A DNA stretch of 55,271 nucleotides. Origin: Acidobacteriota bacterium (GTDB taxonomy: Bacteria > Acidobacteriota > Terriglobia > Bryobacterales > Bryobacteraceae). The position numbers and the translations under genes were made by a program. Below the pieces are notes generated by a model. The model was not told the origin of the DNA. It saw only the letters and a list, made by a program, of their open reading frames with translations, and searched no databases. Below, one piece after another: positions 20,926 through 30,459 of the stretch (positions within the stretch are counted from its first letter, which is position 1; each line of letters begins with the position of its first letter). The DNA lies in contig JACRKW010000030.1 in the NCBI GenBank assembly GCA_016215215.1, positions 1 through 55,271 on the forward strand. Reading direction: 5' to 3'.

Positions 20926-21198
20926 CTATTTCCCCCGGCCTTTGGGCTTGGCGGCGGGTTCGGAAGCAGGAGCGGCAGCGGGGATCGATTCCAGAACGGC
21001 GTTGAAGAGTGCGGCCTTCCGGAGGTCTTTCTTCGAGGGGGGGATTTCGCTATTACGGAAGGGGCCCTCGTTGTAGCAGGTCCGGCAACGGACCTTGGCG
21101 GGCTGGTCAGAGACCAGGGCGATGATGACGTGATTGGTCAACCGCTTGCACTTGATGCAGTAATCGTCAATGTCGTCGCCGAGGCGCAACGCCGCCAT
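20926..21198 (-). CDS. Small zinc-ribbon hypothetical protein
   Basis: CIKC...H...CRTC; RBS GAGGAGG. Confidence 0.75.
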   Translation of the reverse strand: MAALRLGDDIDDYCIKCKRLTNHVIIALVSDQPAKVRCRTCYNEGPFRNSEIPPSKKDLRKAALFNAVLESIPAAAPASEPAAKPKGRGK

Positions 21199-21289
21199 GA
21201 ACCCTCCTCTCTTTCCTTACCCTGAGCCCGCAGTATATCGTGAAACGCGGCTGGTCTGGAGGGAGAAGGCGCCCGGACTATGATGAGGT

Positions 21290-22285
21290 ATGCGAGGGAA
21301 GTGGATCCTGTTGTGCGGAGCGGTGCTGTTTACCGCCGCCGGTGCGGGGGCGATCGCCTGGTACTATCGCCATGCGCCGCCGCAGAAGCAGTCCAACCAG
21401 CCGCCGGTTGAGCTGCCCAAAGGCGCCGAGGTGCACCTTGCAGGCAAGATTCGCGCGGCCAACGTGGTGCGGATTCCTGCTCCGCTGGAGGGAGTGGCCG
21501 AGGAGTTTCCCGTGAAGCCGGGAGACGAAGTGTACGAAGGGCAGATCCTGGGGCGGATTACCAACGACGCATTGTTGAGCGATGAGAAGGAGACGGCAAT
21601 CGAGGCCGAGCGCGCGCAGGCGCGGGTGTCGGCGCTGGAGTCCGAACTGATTGCTGTGCGGTTGGAGGAGTCGCGGTTGGCGGCCGATGCATCGAGAGTT
21701 CGCATGGAATTGCAGCGAACGGAGAGGACGTACCGGAGGCAGTCCCTGCTGCACGCCGAAGGGGCGACCGCGAGGAACGCCTTCTTGAAGTCGGAGGAGG
21801 AGTACACGGCAGCCAAGCAAGAGTCTGAGACGGTGCTTGGGCAAGCGGCGGCGGCGGCCGAGCGGATCCAGAAGACGGTGCGCGAGATTGAAGCAGCCCG
21901 AAAGACTTTGGCGGAGAAGGAGCAGGAACACGAACGCGCCAAGGACGCACTGGCGGCTGCCAACATCCTGGCGCCTGTGGACGGGCTAATCCTGACCATC
22001 AAGAAGTCGGCCGGTGATCAGGTGGACCGCAGCATGGAGGACCTGATCGAGATTGCCACGGATCTTTCGCAGTTGGAGTTTGTCATCGAGACGGCCGATC
22101 CGCGAATGCTGAAACGGTTTGCCGTGGGACAGCAGGCGCTGATCCAGATCGCGGAGATTCCGGGTGACGGAATTCCGGCGACGGTGAAGTCGGTGGATGA
22201 GTCACAGGTGGTGCTGGAGTTTTCCTCGCCTTCACCGATGCTGAGGCCGGGGATGACGGCGGTAGCCAAGCTGAAGCTGAACTAG
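21290..22285 (+). CDS. HlyD/RND periplasmic adaptor
   Basis: N-terminal TM, lipoyl halves (APLEG..VKPGDEV; APVDG), coiled coil, LRPGMTA. Confidence 0.85.
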   Translation: MRGKWILLCGAVLFTAAGAGAIAWYYRHAPPQKQSNQPPVELPKGAEVHLAGKIRAANVVRIPAPLEGVAEEFPVKPGDEVYEGQILGRITNDALLSDEKETAIEAERAQARVSALESELIAVRLEESRLAADASRVRMELQRTERTYRRQSLLHAEGATARNAFLKSEEEYTAAKQESETVLGQAAAAAERIQKTVREIEAARKTLAEKEQEHERAKDALAAANILAPVDGLILTIKKSAGDQVDRSMEDLIEIATDLSQLEFVIETADPRMLKRFAVGQQALIQIAEIPGDGIPATVKSVDESQVVLEFSSPSPMLRPGMTAVAKLKLN

Positions 22286-22333
22286 CGGGCGGAGAGATAG
22301 GATAGAGGGTTGGTCATTTAGGAGAGCAGTGTC

Positions 22334-23848
22334 ATGGAATTCCTTTTCAATAGCCTTCTTGAACTCATCACACAGACGTCGACCAATCTGCCGCCGGACG
22401 TGCGCGCTGCGATGGGTATGGCCTTGAAGAACGAGACGCCGGGGACTCAGTCGCACCAGGCGCTGTCGATCATGGCGACCAACATCGATATGGCGCATGA
22501 GGACGAAGGCCCCATCTGCCAGGACACGGGCATGCCGACGTTCATCGTGCACACGCCGGTTGGGGTAAGCCAGGTGGCGATTGCGCGGCAGATCCGCGAG
22601 GCGGTAGCCGAGGCGACGCGGCGTGGGAAGCTGCGGCCGAACTCAGTGGATTCGCTCACAGGCAAGAACTCGGGCAACAACCTGGGGGCGGAGACGCCGG
22701 TAATCCACTTCGAGCAGTGGGAAGAGGACGAAATCGAGGTGAAGCTGGTGCTGAAGGGAGGCGGCTGTGAGAACAAGAACATCCAATACTCACTGCCGTG
22801 TGAACTGGACCATCTGGGCAAGGCCGGTCGCGATCTGGCGGGCGTGAAGAAGTGCATTTTGCACGCGGTTTGGCAGGCGCAGGGGCAGGGTTGCGCACCT
22901 GGTGCGATCGGGGTGTGTATCGGCAGTGACCGGGCGCACGGCTACAGCCTGGCCAAGATGCAGCTCTTCCGCACGCTGGACGACACGAATGCGAATCCGG
23001 AACTGGCTGCACTGGAGTCCGAGATCATGGCCGAGGCCAATACGCTGGGCATCGGCGCGATGGGACTGGGCGGCGTGGCTGCGCTGATCGGGTGCAAGAT
23101 CACGGCGGCCAACCGGCTGCCGGCAAGTTTCTTCGTGTCGGTGGCGTACGACTGCTGGGCCTTCCGGCGGCTGGGTATCCGCATGGACGCGAAGTCCGGC
23201 GCCATCACCGGGTGGCTGTACCGCGATCCGTCGCGGGCCGTGGAACGGATGGCCAAGGAGAGCGGATTCCCGCTGAGCGGCCGGGAGGTGATCCTGGCTC
23301 CGCCATTGTCCGCGGAGCAGATGCGGGCGCTGAAGGTGGGCGACGTGGTATTGATCCGAGGTGAGATGTTCACGGGGCGCGATGCGGTGCATGCGCACCT
23401 GATGAAGAATGCGCCTCCTGTGGACCTGAACGGAGCGGTGCTGTACCACTGCGGTCCGGTGATGCTGAAAGAAGGCGAGGAGTGGCATGTGAAGGCGGCC
23501 GGGCCGACGACTTCTTCGCGCGAGGAACCCTACCAGGCCGACGTGCTGCGGAACTATGGTGTGAAGGCGGTGGTGGGCAAGGGCGGCATGGGGAAGAAGA
23601 CGCTTGCGGGCCTGCAGGAATGCGGCGCGGTATACCTGCACGGCGTGGGTGGGGCGGCGCAGTTCTACGCCCGGACGGTGAAGAAGGTGCTGGGCGTTCA
23701 CCTCTTCGAGTTTGGCGTGCCGGAGGCCATGTGGCATCTCCAAGGGGAAGACTTCATGGCGATTGTCACCATGGACGCACACGGCAACTCACTGCACGCG
23801 GACGTGGAGAAGTCGACCGGCGAGGCGCTGAAGCGCCTGGGGGCATAG
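22334..23848 (+). CDS. Class I Fe-S fumarate hydratase (fused alpha/beta)
   Basis: PICQDTG, KGGGCEN, GRDAVH, GPTTSSR, GKGGMG. Confidence 0.93.
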   Translation: MEFLFNSLLELITQTSTNLPPDVRAAMGMALKNETPGTQSHQALSIMATNIDMAHEDEGPICQDTGMPTFIVHTPVGVSQVAIARQIREAVAEATRRGKLRPNSVDSLTGKNSGNNLGAETPVIHFEQWEEDEIEVKLVLKGGGCENKNIQYSLPCELDHLGKAGRDLAGVKKCILHAVWQAQGQGCAPGAIGVCIGSDRAHGYSLAKMQLFRTLDDTNANPELAALESEIMAEANTLGIGAMGLGGVAALIGCKITAANRLPASFFVSVAYDCWAFRRLGIRMDAKSGAITGWLYRDPSRAVERMAKESGFPLSGREVILAPPLSAEQMRALKVGDVVLIRGEMFTGRDAVHAHLMKNAPPVDLNGAVLYHCGPVMLKEGEEWHVKAAGPTTSSREEPYQADVLRNYGVKAVVGKGGMGKKTLAGLQECGAVYLHGVGGAAQFYARTVKKVLGVHLFEFGVPEAMWHLQGEDFMAIVTMDAHGNSLHADVEKSTGEALKRLGA

Positions 23849-23908
23849 GGGGGGAAGGCGAATTAGCGCGGTAGACGGACGATTTGGTAAACTGGCTAAG
23901 TAGCCGAT

Positions 23909-23984
23909 GGCCAGGTAGCTCAGTTGGTAGAGCGCGGCCCTGAAAAGGCCGGCGTCGGCGGTTCAAGTCCGTCCCTGGCCACCA
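23909..23984 (+). tRNA. tRNA-Phe (GAA), integration site
   Basis: 76-nt cloverleaf GGCCAGG...CCTGGCCACCA, anticodon loop CTGAAAA, GGTTCAAGTCC T-arm. Confidence 0.97.
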
Positions 23985-25629
23985 TCTGCATTACGCACTT
24001 ACTTTCCCCGTCGAGATTTACTCCCCCCGACACCTTGTAAATGGGTTCGCCCTCGCGCTCCACGGGCGTGAGCACGAGCTGCGGAATGTGCTTCTGTAAG
24101 GCTGCTCGTGCAGCAAGCACGTTGTCGCCGTCGAGCAGGGTTCGCAGTGTCAGCAGGGTCTTGTTGACGTGCTGCCGGACCTGCTGGTCGGTCACCTTCA
24201 AATCCATCGGGTGGTAGGCGGCGATCTGGGATTCGACAGTCTGGCGTTCGGTGTCCACTGCTTTGAGCTTGGCCACCAGAACAGCCATTCCATCGGTGGT
24301 GGCGATGGCGTCGGTTAGGCGGTCTACCTGGGCCTGAAGGTCGTCCCTGCGGAGCTTCAAGCTGTCCACCGTCGTAAACTCTCCCTGTCGCTCCATCTCT
24401 GCGATCCGCTGCGCTACCCCTTCCCGTACCAGCGAGGTGATCGAATCCAATAGGCCAGGCTGGAACAGTCGCTGTTCGAGGGCTGCGAGGAGTTGTGCTT
24501 CCAGACGATCCTGGCGAATGTACAACTTGTTCTCGCAGGTGCCCCGGTAACGGTGGCAGGGGCAGCCGTACTTCACATAGCCACGTTTGCCGCCGCCGCT
24601 CACGATCACCATCTTCGATCCGCAGGTGGCGCAGACCAGGAGGCCGCTGAACACGTAACTCCTGCTCTTCTCTGTGCGGCACTGTCCCCCCAAGCGGTGA
24701 ATGCCGGAAGCGTTGACACGGGCGTTCTGCCGCCGCACCGCCTCCCATTGATCTTCGGTGACGATCCGCCACTCTGGAACCTCTTGGCTCACATGATCGG
24801 TGGCTGTCCGCTCCCGACTGGTCTTTTTGCCCGTCTCCGGGTTGCGCACCTTCTTGGTGCGGTTCCACTGGAATACACCCCGGTAGCGCTCGTTGTTCAA
24901 CATCGCTCTGACGGCTGTCGGGCACCACCCCTTGTCCGGCCTGTTCCGCGGGGGCTGGGGCGACCGCGTCCCCTCGGCGTTAAGCAGTTTGGCAATGGCC
25001 CCGAACCCCATCCCAGCGGCGTACAGGTCGAACATGCGCCGGATGACGGCAGCCTGCTCCTCAATGATCTCAAGGCGGACACCAAGCACCGCCGGACGCC
25101 CGTACTTGGCTGTTCTTGTGGGGTCTTCTATGGGCACGTTGCGGTAGCCGTAGATCCTGCCACCAGGGTTGAAGCCCTTCAGAACACGTCCCTCCTGGCC
25201 CCGGTGGACCTTCTCCGCCAGCCCGTCCAGGTACTGCTCGTCGATGATCCCCATGACCGCCATCGTCATCTTCGACGACTTCTGGCTCGTGTCGATGCCG
25301 TTGGCCACAACGCTGACTTCGACACCGTAGAACTGGAGAGTCTTGACAAGCTTGGATGAGTCCGCGTAATCCCGTGCAAGCCGGGAGGTGTCGTCAACGA
25401 GCAGCCGATCAAAGGGGCGCGGCTTCCGCTTCGCTGCTTGAATAAGGGCCTCCAGTCGACCACGCCCAGCGAGACTAGCGCCGGACAACGCCTTGTCCGC
25501 CAGCACGAACTCCTCCACCACGGCCCATCCCTGCTGCTCAGCAAATTGGCGGCACCGCCGCTCCTGGTCCTCAATGGAGGACTCGCGCTGTAGATCTGAA
25601 CTGTACCGTGTGTAGATCGCGCACAGCAT
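23920..25629 (-). CDS. Large serine recombinase (integrase)
   Basis: YTRYSS catalytic Ser, SIEDQ, DTSRLAR, recombinase domain, CATCG...C zinc ribbon, coiled coil. Confidence 0.95.
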   Translation of the reverse strand: MLCAIYTRYSSDLQRESSIEDQERRCRQFAEQQGWAVVEEFVLADKALSGASLAGRGRLEALIQAAKRKPRPFDRLLVDDTSRLARDYADSSKLVKTLQFYGVEVSVVANGIDTSQKSSKMTMAVMGIIDEQYLDGLAEKVHRGQEGRVLKGFNPGGRIYGYRNVPIEDPTRTAKYGRPAVLGVRLEIIEEQAAVIRRMFDLYAAGMGFGAIAKLLNAEGTRSPQPPRNRPDKGWCPTAVRAMLNNERYRGVFQWNRTKKVRNPETGKKTSRERTATDHVSQEVPEWRIVTEDQWEAVRRQNARVNASGIHRLGGQCRTEKSRSYVFSGLLVCATCGSKMVIVSGGGKRGYVKYGCPCHRYRGTCENKLYIRQDRLEAQLLAALEQRLFQPGLLDSITSLVREGVAQRIAEMERQGEFTTVDSLKLRRDDLQAQVDRLTDAIATTDGMAVLVAKLKAVDTERQTVESQIAAYHPMDLKVTDQQVRQHVNKTLLTLRTLLDGDNVLAARAALQKHIPQLVLTPVEREGEPIYKVSGGVNLDGESKCVMQMVARDGLEPPTPAFSGPRSTN

Positions 25630-25634
25630 CCCGG

Positions 25635-26279
25635 CTATCCGTCCTGACTCCCTGCGAGCAGCTCCCGGACCAGCGTGTCCACCAAACGGGGCACCAGCCA
25701 GTCTTCCACAAGACTGTGCAACTGCGCGTCGCTAAACACGCTGTCCGGGATCTCCAGCCATGGCCCCTGCTGATACTGCTTCGTTCTGGGCTTCGGCGTG
25801 GAGTTCGCCTCGCCCGGAAGCATAGCACCACGCGGCTGGTCCAGAAGTACTACCCTCGCACTGGCCTTCTCCTGCGCCTCCCTGCCGTGGTCCTTGGCGG
25901 GAGTGCTCCTACGCATCTCCGCCCGCCCCGCATCGATCCTGACCACGGCCACGCGGTCCACCGGCTCGACCACCTGGACACCCTGGTCAGCGCCGGGCGG
26001 CGTGGTGACCACCGGCTGTGCGGACAGCGGCATTGCCCAGAGGAGGCCGAGGAGGCAGGCAGGTAGGTAGTGAGACAGGCCCCAGCGCCATTCCCAGCCC
26101 AAGCTCCAGTGCCAGTCCTGCCTCCGGCCCCATGGCCAGCCCCCGGGCGGCAGCAGTCGCCTCAGGTAGGTCGGGAGCGCGGACGAGTACAAAACCAGCC
26201 AGGGTGAGTATGACTGCAAGTCATCAATGTCGTAGAGCCAGACCTCAGCAGGAGCTTGATCGCTTTGGTGGTCAGCCAT
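25635..26279 (-). CDS. Hypothetical protein upstream of integrase (true gene may be only 25635-25823)
   Basis: RBS AGAGG before ATG 26279; C-terminal amphipathic helix LVEDWLVPRLVDTLVRELL ends 5 bp before the integrase. Confidence 0.4.
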   Translation of the reverse strand: MADHQSDQAPAEVWLYDIDDLQSYSPWLVLYSSALPTYLRRLLPPGGWPWGRRQDWHWSLGWEWRWGLSHYLPACLLGLLWAMPLSAQPVVTTPPGADQGVQVVEPVDRVAVVRIDAGRAEMRRSTPAKDHGREAQEKASARVVLLDQPRGAMLPGEANSTPKPRTKQYQQGPWLEIPDSVFSDAQLHSLVEDWLVPRLVDTLVRELLAGSQDG

Positions 26280-26581
26280 ACCGCTACCTCTTCGATCCCT
26301 GGACCGCTGGCAGCCGAGACAGCAAACGCCGGAGCCTGAGGACCTCGTCCACGGCGTCGGCCACGTCCCGCCCGGCGTCTTGGCGGCGTTGGAGCTTACT
26401 TGGGAAAGACCAAGCCGCCGTGTGGGTGGTGCCGACATCGACAGCGGCGGGGGCCCGGATCAAGCTGCCGAGAGTGGATTCGAGGGCCAGGAATAGGACG
26501 ACCCACAGGCCGGGGCCCCACGGTGCGGAGGCGGGGCTCATTGCCAGCCTCGAGAAGGTGACGACCGTGCCGATGGGGCGT

Positions 26582-26780
26582 GCAGACAATGGGGACATGT
26601 GCGGACAACGGTTGGTTCTGGCGTTGTCCGTAACAGTGGCACCAAGATGTCCTTCTGGTTCACTGAGTTCAGGGTGGCGACAAGTGGACGCGGACAAGCG
26701 GACAACGGAGATGCCAGTGCTTACTATACGTATTACAGAATAGGAAAGGAACCTGCCCATCCCTTGTCCTCCTTGTCCAC
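26582..26780. repeat. Cluster of GGACA/TGTCC short repeats (putative origin iterons)
   Basis: About 10 exact or near copies in both orientations; GCGGACAACGG at 26601 and 26698; AT-rich patch near 26721-26748. Confidence 0.6.
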
Positions 26781-26855
26781 ATGCGCGGATTTGGCGGTTG
26801 GAGGGGGGAGCGTTACCGACGACTCCTGCGTCGATGCTGGGTGATGGCATGGATT

Positions 26856-28358
26856 TCACTCCTCGGAGTCGTCGTACACGAGGTTGCCGCAGTCGTCGAC
26901 CGACGGCGGTTTGGCATTGGGGCGCGTCGGGTGCGACTCCTCTTGGGCGCCGTCGACATCGAAGACCAGGAATGGTTTGTGGTCGCGCGCCTTGGTGTTG
27001 TCGCGGCGAAACACGATACCCGCATTCCGGAGTGCGCTGGCGATCTTGTTGAGCTGTGTGCCGAGGGCCTTGTGGTCGGCAGGCAGAAGCGATCTATCCC
27101 GCACGAGCGTCCGCAACATTTCCAGTAGCTGCGAAGCCGTGACCGACAGCCTCCCGCGAGCCCGGACCATCTCCACTAAGGGGCGACCGATCACCGACGC
27201 ATCCAGTGCGTCCACCATTTGCTCGCCCATGTTCTCGCGATAGACGCGAAGCCACTGCTCAGAGTCCCAGCCGAAGGCGGGCGCGGCTGCAGCAGTCCAC
27301 AGGCCGAATTCGTTCACATAACACAAGCCTGAGTCCCTGATCGAGTCCAGGTGCCCAATGCCGTAGGAAACCGCCGAAAACAAGCCGCCCAGGATCGTGC
27401 GCCGGTAGTTTTCGAAGTCGCGCCACACCTCCATCTCGGGCCCCGCCAACAGATTCTCTATGGCGTCTATCCGGATGCGGAACTCTCGCAACCCCCGGGC
27501 GCGCACGATGTCGTCGTGAGAGGTCAGAATAACCGCACGCTGAACGGATGTGATGGTCACGTCATCGTCGGTGTAGAGTTTCCGCGGCCGGATGCTGGCT
27601 CCGGTGAGGATGCCGTACACGGCGTCAGCGAGCGCCTGTGGCAAAGACGAAAAGTCGCCGAGCAAAACGATGCGCATACTTCGCGTGGCCAGGATTAGGT
27701 CCTTCGCCTCTTTCGGCTTGAGCAGCGACTCACCCGCACAAGGGTCAATGGCCCGCTTGATAATCCTGGCAAGCAGAGCGATACCACTCCGCGGCGGGCC
27801 AATCAGATGGAGCAGCGGGCACGGTGCGCCAACGATCAGGCTGTGCACGCACCACATCACTAGCAGCATGCGCTGCTTCTCGGACAGACCGGGAAACATG
27901 ACGCCGAATGCGGCGTCAACGAGGTCGGGATCGTGGCCGTTCTCTGTGTGGGGTGAATCGACTCCGAGCATCCCCGGCGGCTGCCAGAATGCACAGGGCG
28001 GATTCGCGATAACTCCCCAACCGCCGGAGGTGACCTTGATGATGCGTCCCCGCTCATCCCGCGTGTCATAGTACAGAGCGCCGTCGTCCCTACCGATCCG
28101 AAGAGCAACATCACACACCTTCGCGCTTGCCCGGGTCTTGGCGCGGATCACTCCGAGGGCGCAGCGAAATGCTGCAGGCGAAGGGGCGTCTTGGAAACTA
28201 GCGTAGTAAAGGTCATGGACGAGGTCTTCGAACTCGTTGGATCCGACCCTCAAGGCACTGAATCGTCCCGCGACGTCCACTAGTGCCCAGTAGTCGCCGT
28301 TCGGACAACGGAAGAAAGGGAACGCATGGGTGATTTTGAGGATGTTGGAGACCTCCAT
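26856..28358 (-). CDS. Replication-associated P-loop ATPase/helicase-like protein, degenerate Walker A
   Basis: PLLHLIGPPRSGIA...IDP, RKLYTDDD, C-terminal wHTH-like segment; RBS GAGG. Confidence 0.7.
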   Translation of the reverse strand: MEVSNILKITHAFPFFRCPNGDYWALVDVAGRFSALRVGSNEFEDLVHDLYYASFQDAPSPAAFRCALGVIRAKTRASAKVCDVALRIGRDDGALYYDTRDERGRIIKVTSGGWGVIANPPCAFWQPPGMLGVDSPHTENGHDPDLVDAAFGVMFPGLSEKQRMLLVMWCVHSLIVGAPCPLLHLIGPPRSGIALLARIIKRAIDPCAGESLLKPKEAKDLILATRSMRIVLLGDFSSLPQALADAVYGILTGASIRPRKLYTDDDVTITSVQRAVILTSHDDIVRARGLREFRIRIDAIENLLAGPEMEVWRDFENYRRTILGGLFSAVSYGIGHLDSIRDSGLCYVNEFGLWTAAAAPAFGWDSEQWLRVYRENMGEQMVDALDASVIGRPLVEMVRARGRLSVTASQLLEMLRTLVRDRSLLPADHKALGTQLNKIASALRNAGIVFRRDNTKARDHKPFLVFDVDGAQEESHPTRPNAKPPSVDDCGNLVYDDSEE

Positions 28359-28425
28359 TTTCCTCACCTGTCCTTGCCACGATGTGGCATTTGCGTTAGA
28401 CTCAGTCACGAGATTCTCTCTTTCG

Positions 28426-28451
28426 GCCCCGTTCCCGCGGGGCGTTTTTTT
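28426..28451 (+). terminator. Intrinsic terminator-like hairpin, antisense to the rep operon
   Basis: GCCCCG-TTCCCG-CGGGGC followed by G and T7. Confidence 0.5.
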
Positions 28452-28458
28452 GTTCGGC

Positions 28459-28665
28459 CTACACGGTCGGGACCGTCGTCTGTTCCACCTTGCAACGCGC
28501 CAGGTAGCGCTCCAGATCGCTGAGGCGGTAGAGTACTTTGCGTCCGATCTTGTAATGGCCGGGCGTGCGCCCCTGCTTGCGACGCCAGCGCATAGTCGCT
28601 GGGCTGCAGCCAAGCACTCGGCTTGCCTCACGTTCGTTCAGCAGCCGCTCTTCGGTGTTTTGCAT
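28459..28665 (-). CDS. AlpA/excisionase-like HTH protein
   Basis: LLNEREASRVLGCSPATMRWRR..G..P...KIGRKVLYRLSDL; RBS GGAGG. Confidence 0.88.
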   Translation of the reverse strand: MQNTEERLLNEREASRVLGCSPATMRWRRKQGRTPGHYKIGRKVLYRLSDLERYLARCKVEQTTVPTV

Positions 28666-28716
28666 TCGCACCTCCAGCCTCATGTTACCCTCGGTTCGCA
28701 CTTACTGCCCCAAACA

Positions 28717-30246
28717 ATGGTGTATGCTAACCGCATAATGGCGCGAGGATTATCCTGTCTGTTGCAGCTCTCCGCGCAGGAGTGCGATTGGTTTGTTACA
28801 TGGGTGCTCAGCGACGAGGCGAGCCGAACTCCTACTAAGCGTGGCCATCAGGACAAGCCACTGGTGGGTTTCTTCAGACGCGCACCAGCCGCTGCCAACG
28901 CGACGGGCCGTCCTGTTCAGCGGGGCACTGATCGTCGGGAACGGCTCTGGGCCGGAGTGAAGGTCCGGGCTCTCTTTGCAGGTGAAGAGGTCCGCGCTGC
29001 TGCGATAGCCGTGGCACAGGCAGACAACCCGAGTTTGGGCCTAGAGAAGCACAGCGAGGATGTCCGGCAGGCGTATTACGAGTGCGAACATCTGTTCTCC
29101 ACGGGCCGTCTGAATATGTGGCTGGGTGCATTCCAGAGTTTCTCCAAGTGGGCTGCGGAGTTGACTGAAGACAAGATCGACGCCGTCGGCAAGCTGTACG
29201 GGAGAAGATTTGGAGCGAAAGCATTCCGACGCTTGAAGTCGGTGATCGATGCGGTACGGGCGGCGCGCTCGCATGGTGATGGGGCAACTCCGTTTATTCG
29301 GAGTCTGGACGAGACGTCCTTCTGGTTGGCCAGGCTCAAGCCTTCCGACCTAGCGGCACTCCTCCGTGCACACAGCGTTGGTACGGACCCGCCTGCAACC
29401 GAGCGCTTGCTGACCTTGAGAGACGCGAAGGCGTTGGGCGCTGTCCAGACAGGCGACATCGTGTTTCTGTGGGGGGCTGCCGCTGAGAGCGGTGCGCTGG
29501 CAAAAAGTGGCGTGCTGACGAAGGGCTGCCTCTGTGGGGACGGCGTTTTGGCGGTGTGCGACCGTCTCGCCGCGACTCCTGGAGAAGGCGAGGGCCTCGT
29601 CAGATTGCCCACCCTGTTCGTAGCTGATCTCTACGAGCGGCCCCTCACTGTTGACCACTGGAAGCGCAGCCCCGTGCTGCGAGCGCATGTGAATCAGGGC
29701 TGGTGGCTCAAGCAGCTCATTCGGATCGAGCGTGAGCAGGCCGTCGAAATGCAGCGCATCTTGGACAGACTCAACCACCCTGAGGCTACGGAGGAATGGC
29801 AGGCGCTGGAAGTGGAGGTCGCGTCATTCAGACCGAAGAGCGCGGAGCAATTCTGTTTCGGAATCCAACGGACCATCGTTCAGCGGCATGGCAGCCAGTT
29901 ATTCCGCACGCGGTTGTTGCGGGCGTACGACGGGCGGTGCGCAGTGACAGGCTGCGATGTGGAGGAGGTGCTGGACGCGGCACTCCTACGCCCGCACATG
30001 GGTTCAGGTGCCCCACCCGTTTCTCTCGGCATCCTGTTGCGCGTTGATGTGCACACCCTGTTCGACTTGGGGCAGTTGCGGATCGAGTATACAGACGGCA
30101 CCTACACCCTCCATGTGAGTCGGGGGCTGAAGCATTCCTCCTACATGAGCCTTCACGGTAAGCAGCTTCGACTGCCTGCGGAAAGGTCTGAGTGGCCTTC
30201 AGTGGAAGCCCTCCGCGCGCACGGGCTCGGGCTCCATTGGGTGTGA
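28717..30246 (+). CDS. Multi-domain protein with EVE/PUA-like segment and degenerate C-terminal HNH domain
   Basis: VQTGDIVFLW...SGVLTKG; FRTRLLRAYDGRCAVTGC...LDAA...GILLRVDVHTLFD; start uncertain. Confidence 0.65.
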   Translation: MVYANRIMARGLSCLLQLSAQECDWFVTWVLSDEASRTPTKRGHQDKPLVGFFRRAPAAANATGRPVQRGTDRRERLWAGVKVRALFAGEEVRAAAIAVAQADNPSLGLEKHSEDVRQAYYECEHLFSTGRLNMWLGAFQSFSKWAAELTEDKIDAVGKLYGRRFGAKAFRRLKSVIDAVRAARSHGDGATPFIRSLDETSFWLARLKPSDLAALLRAHSVGTDPPATERLLTLRDAKALGAVQTGDIVFLWGAAAESGALAKSGVLTKGCLCGDGVLAVCDRLAATPGEGEGLVRLPTLFVADLYERPLTVDHWKRSPVLRAHVNQGWWLKQLIRIEREQAVEMQRILDRLNHPEATEEWQALEVEVASFRPKSAEQFCFGIQRTIVQRHGSQLFRTRLLRAYDGRCAVTGCDVEEVLDAALLRPHMGSGAPPVSLGILLRVDVHTLFDLGQLRIEYTDGTYTLHVSRGLKHSSYMSLHGKQLRLPAERSEWPSVEALRAHGLGLHWV

Positions 30247-30459
30247 TCGCCGCTGTTGTTGGGCCCCGGAGGCGAATCGATATCCGGGCTCCCAGAGGCC
30301 CATGACGTCCCGGCCGGCGATCGACACCTTGACGCTGTCGCCGTGATCGCAGAGCGAGGACATTCGAGCCGAATATCCGTCCTGCCCCTCCGTGTTGTGG
30401 GGTTGCTCGCGCATCGCGAGGATCCTATATCAATGGGTCCCAAGACAGGATCAGTGTTC

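Noticed and set aside
28330-28716. N-terminal extension of the 638-aa ORF
   Set aside because: Overlaps the AlpA-like gene antisense and crosses a terminator; real start is likely 28717 or later
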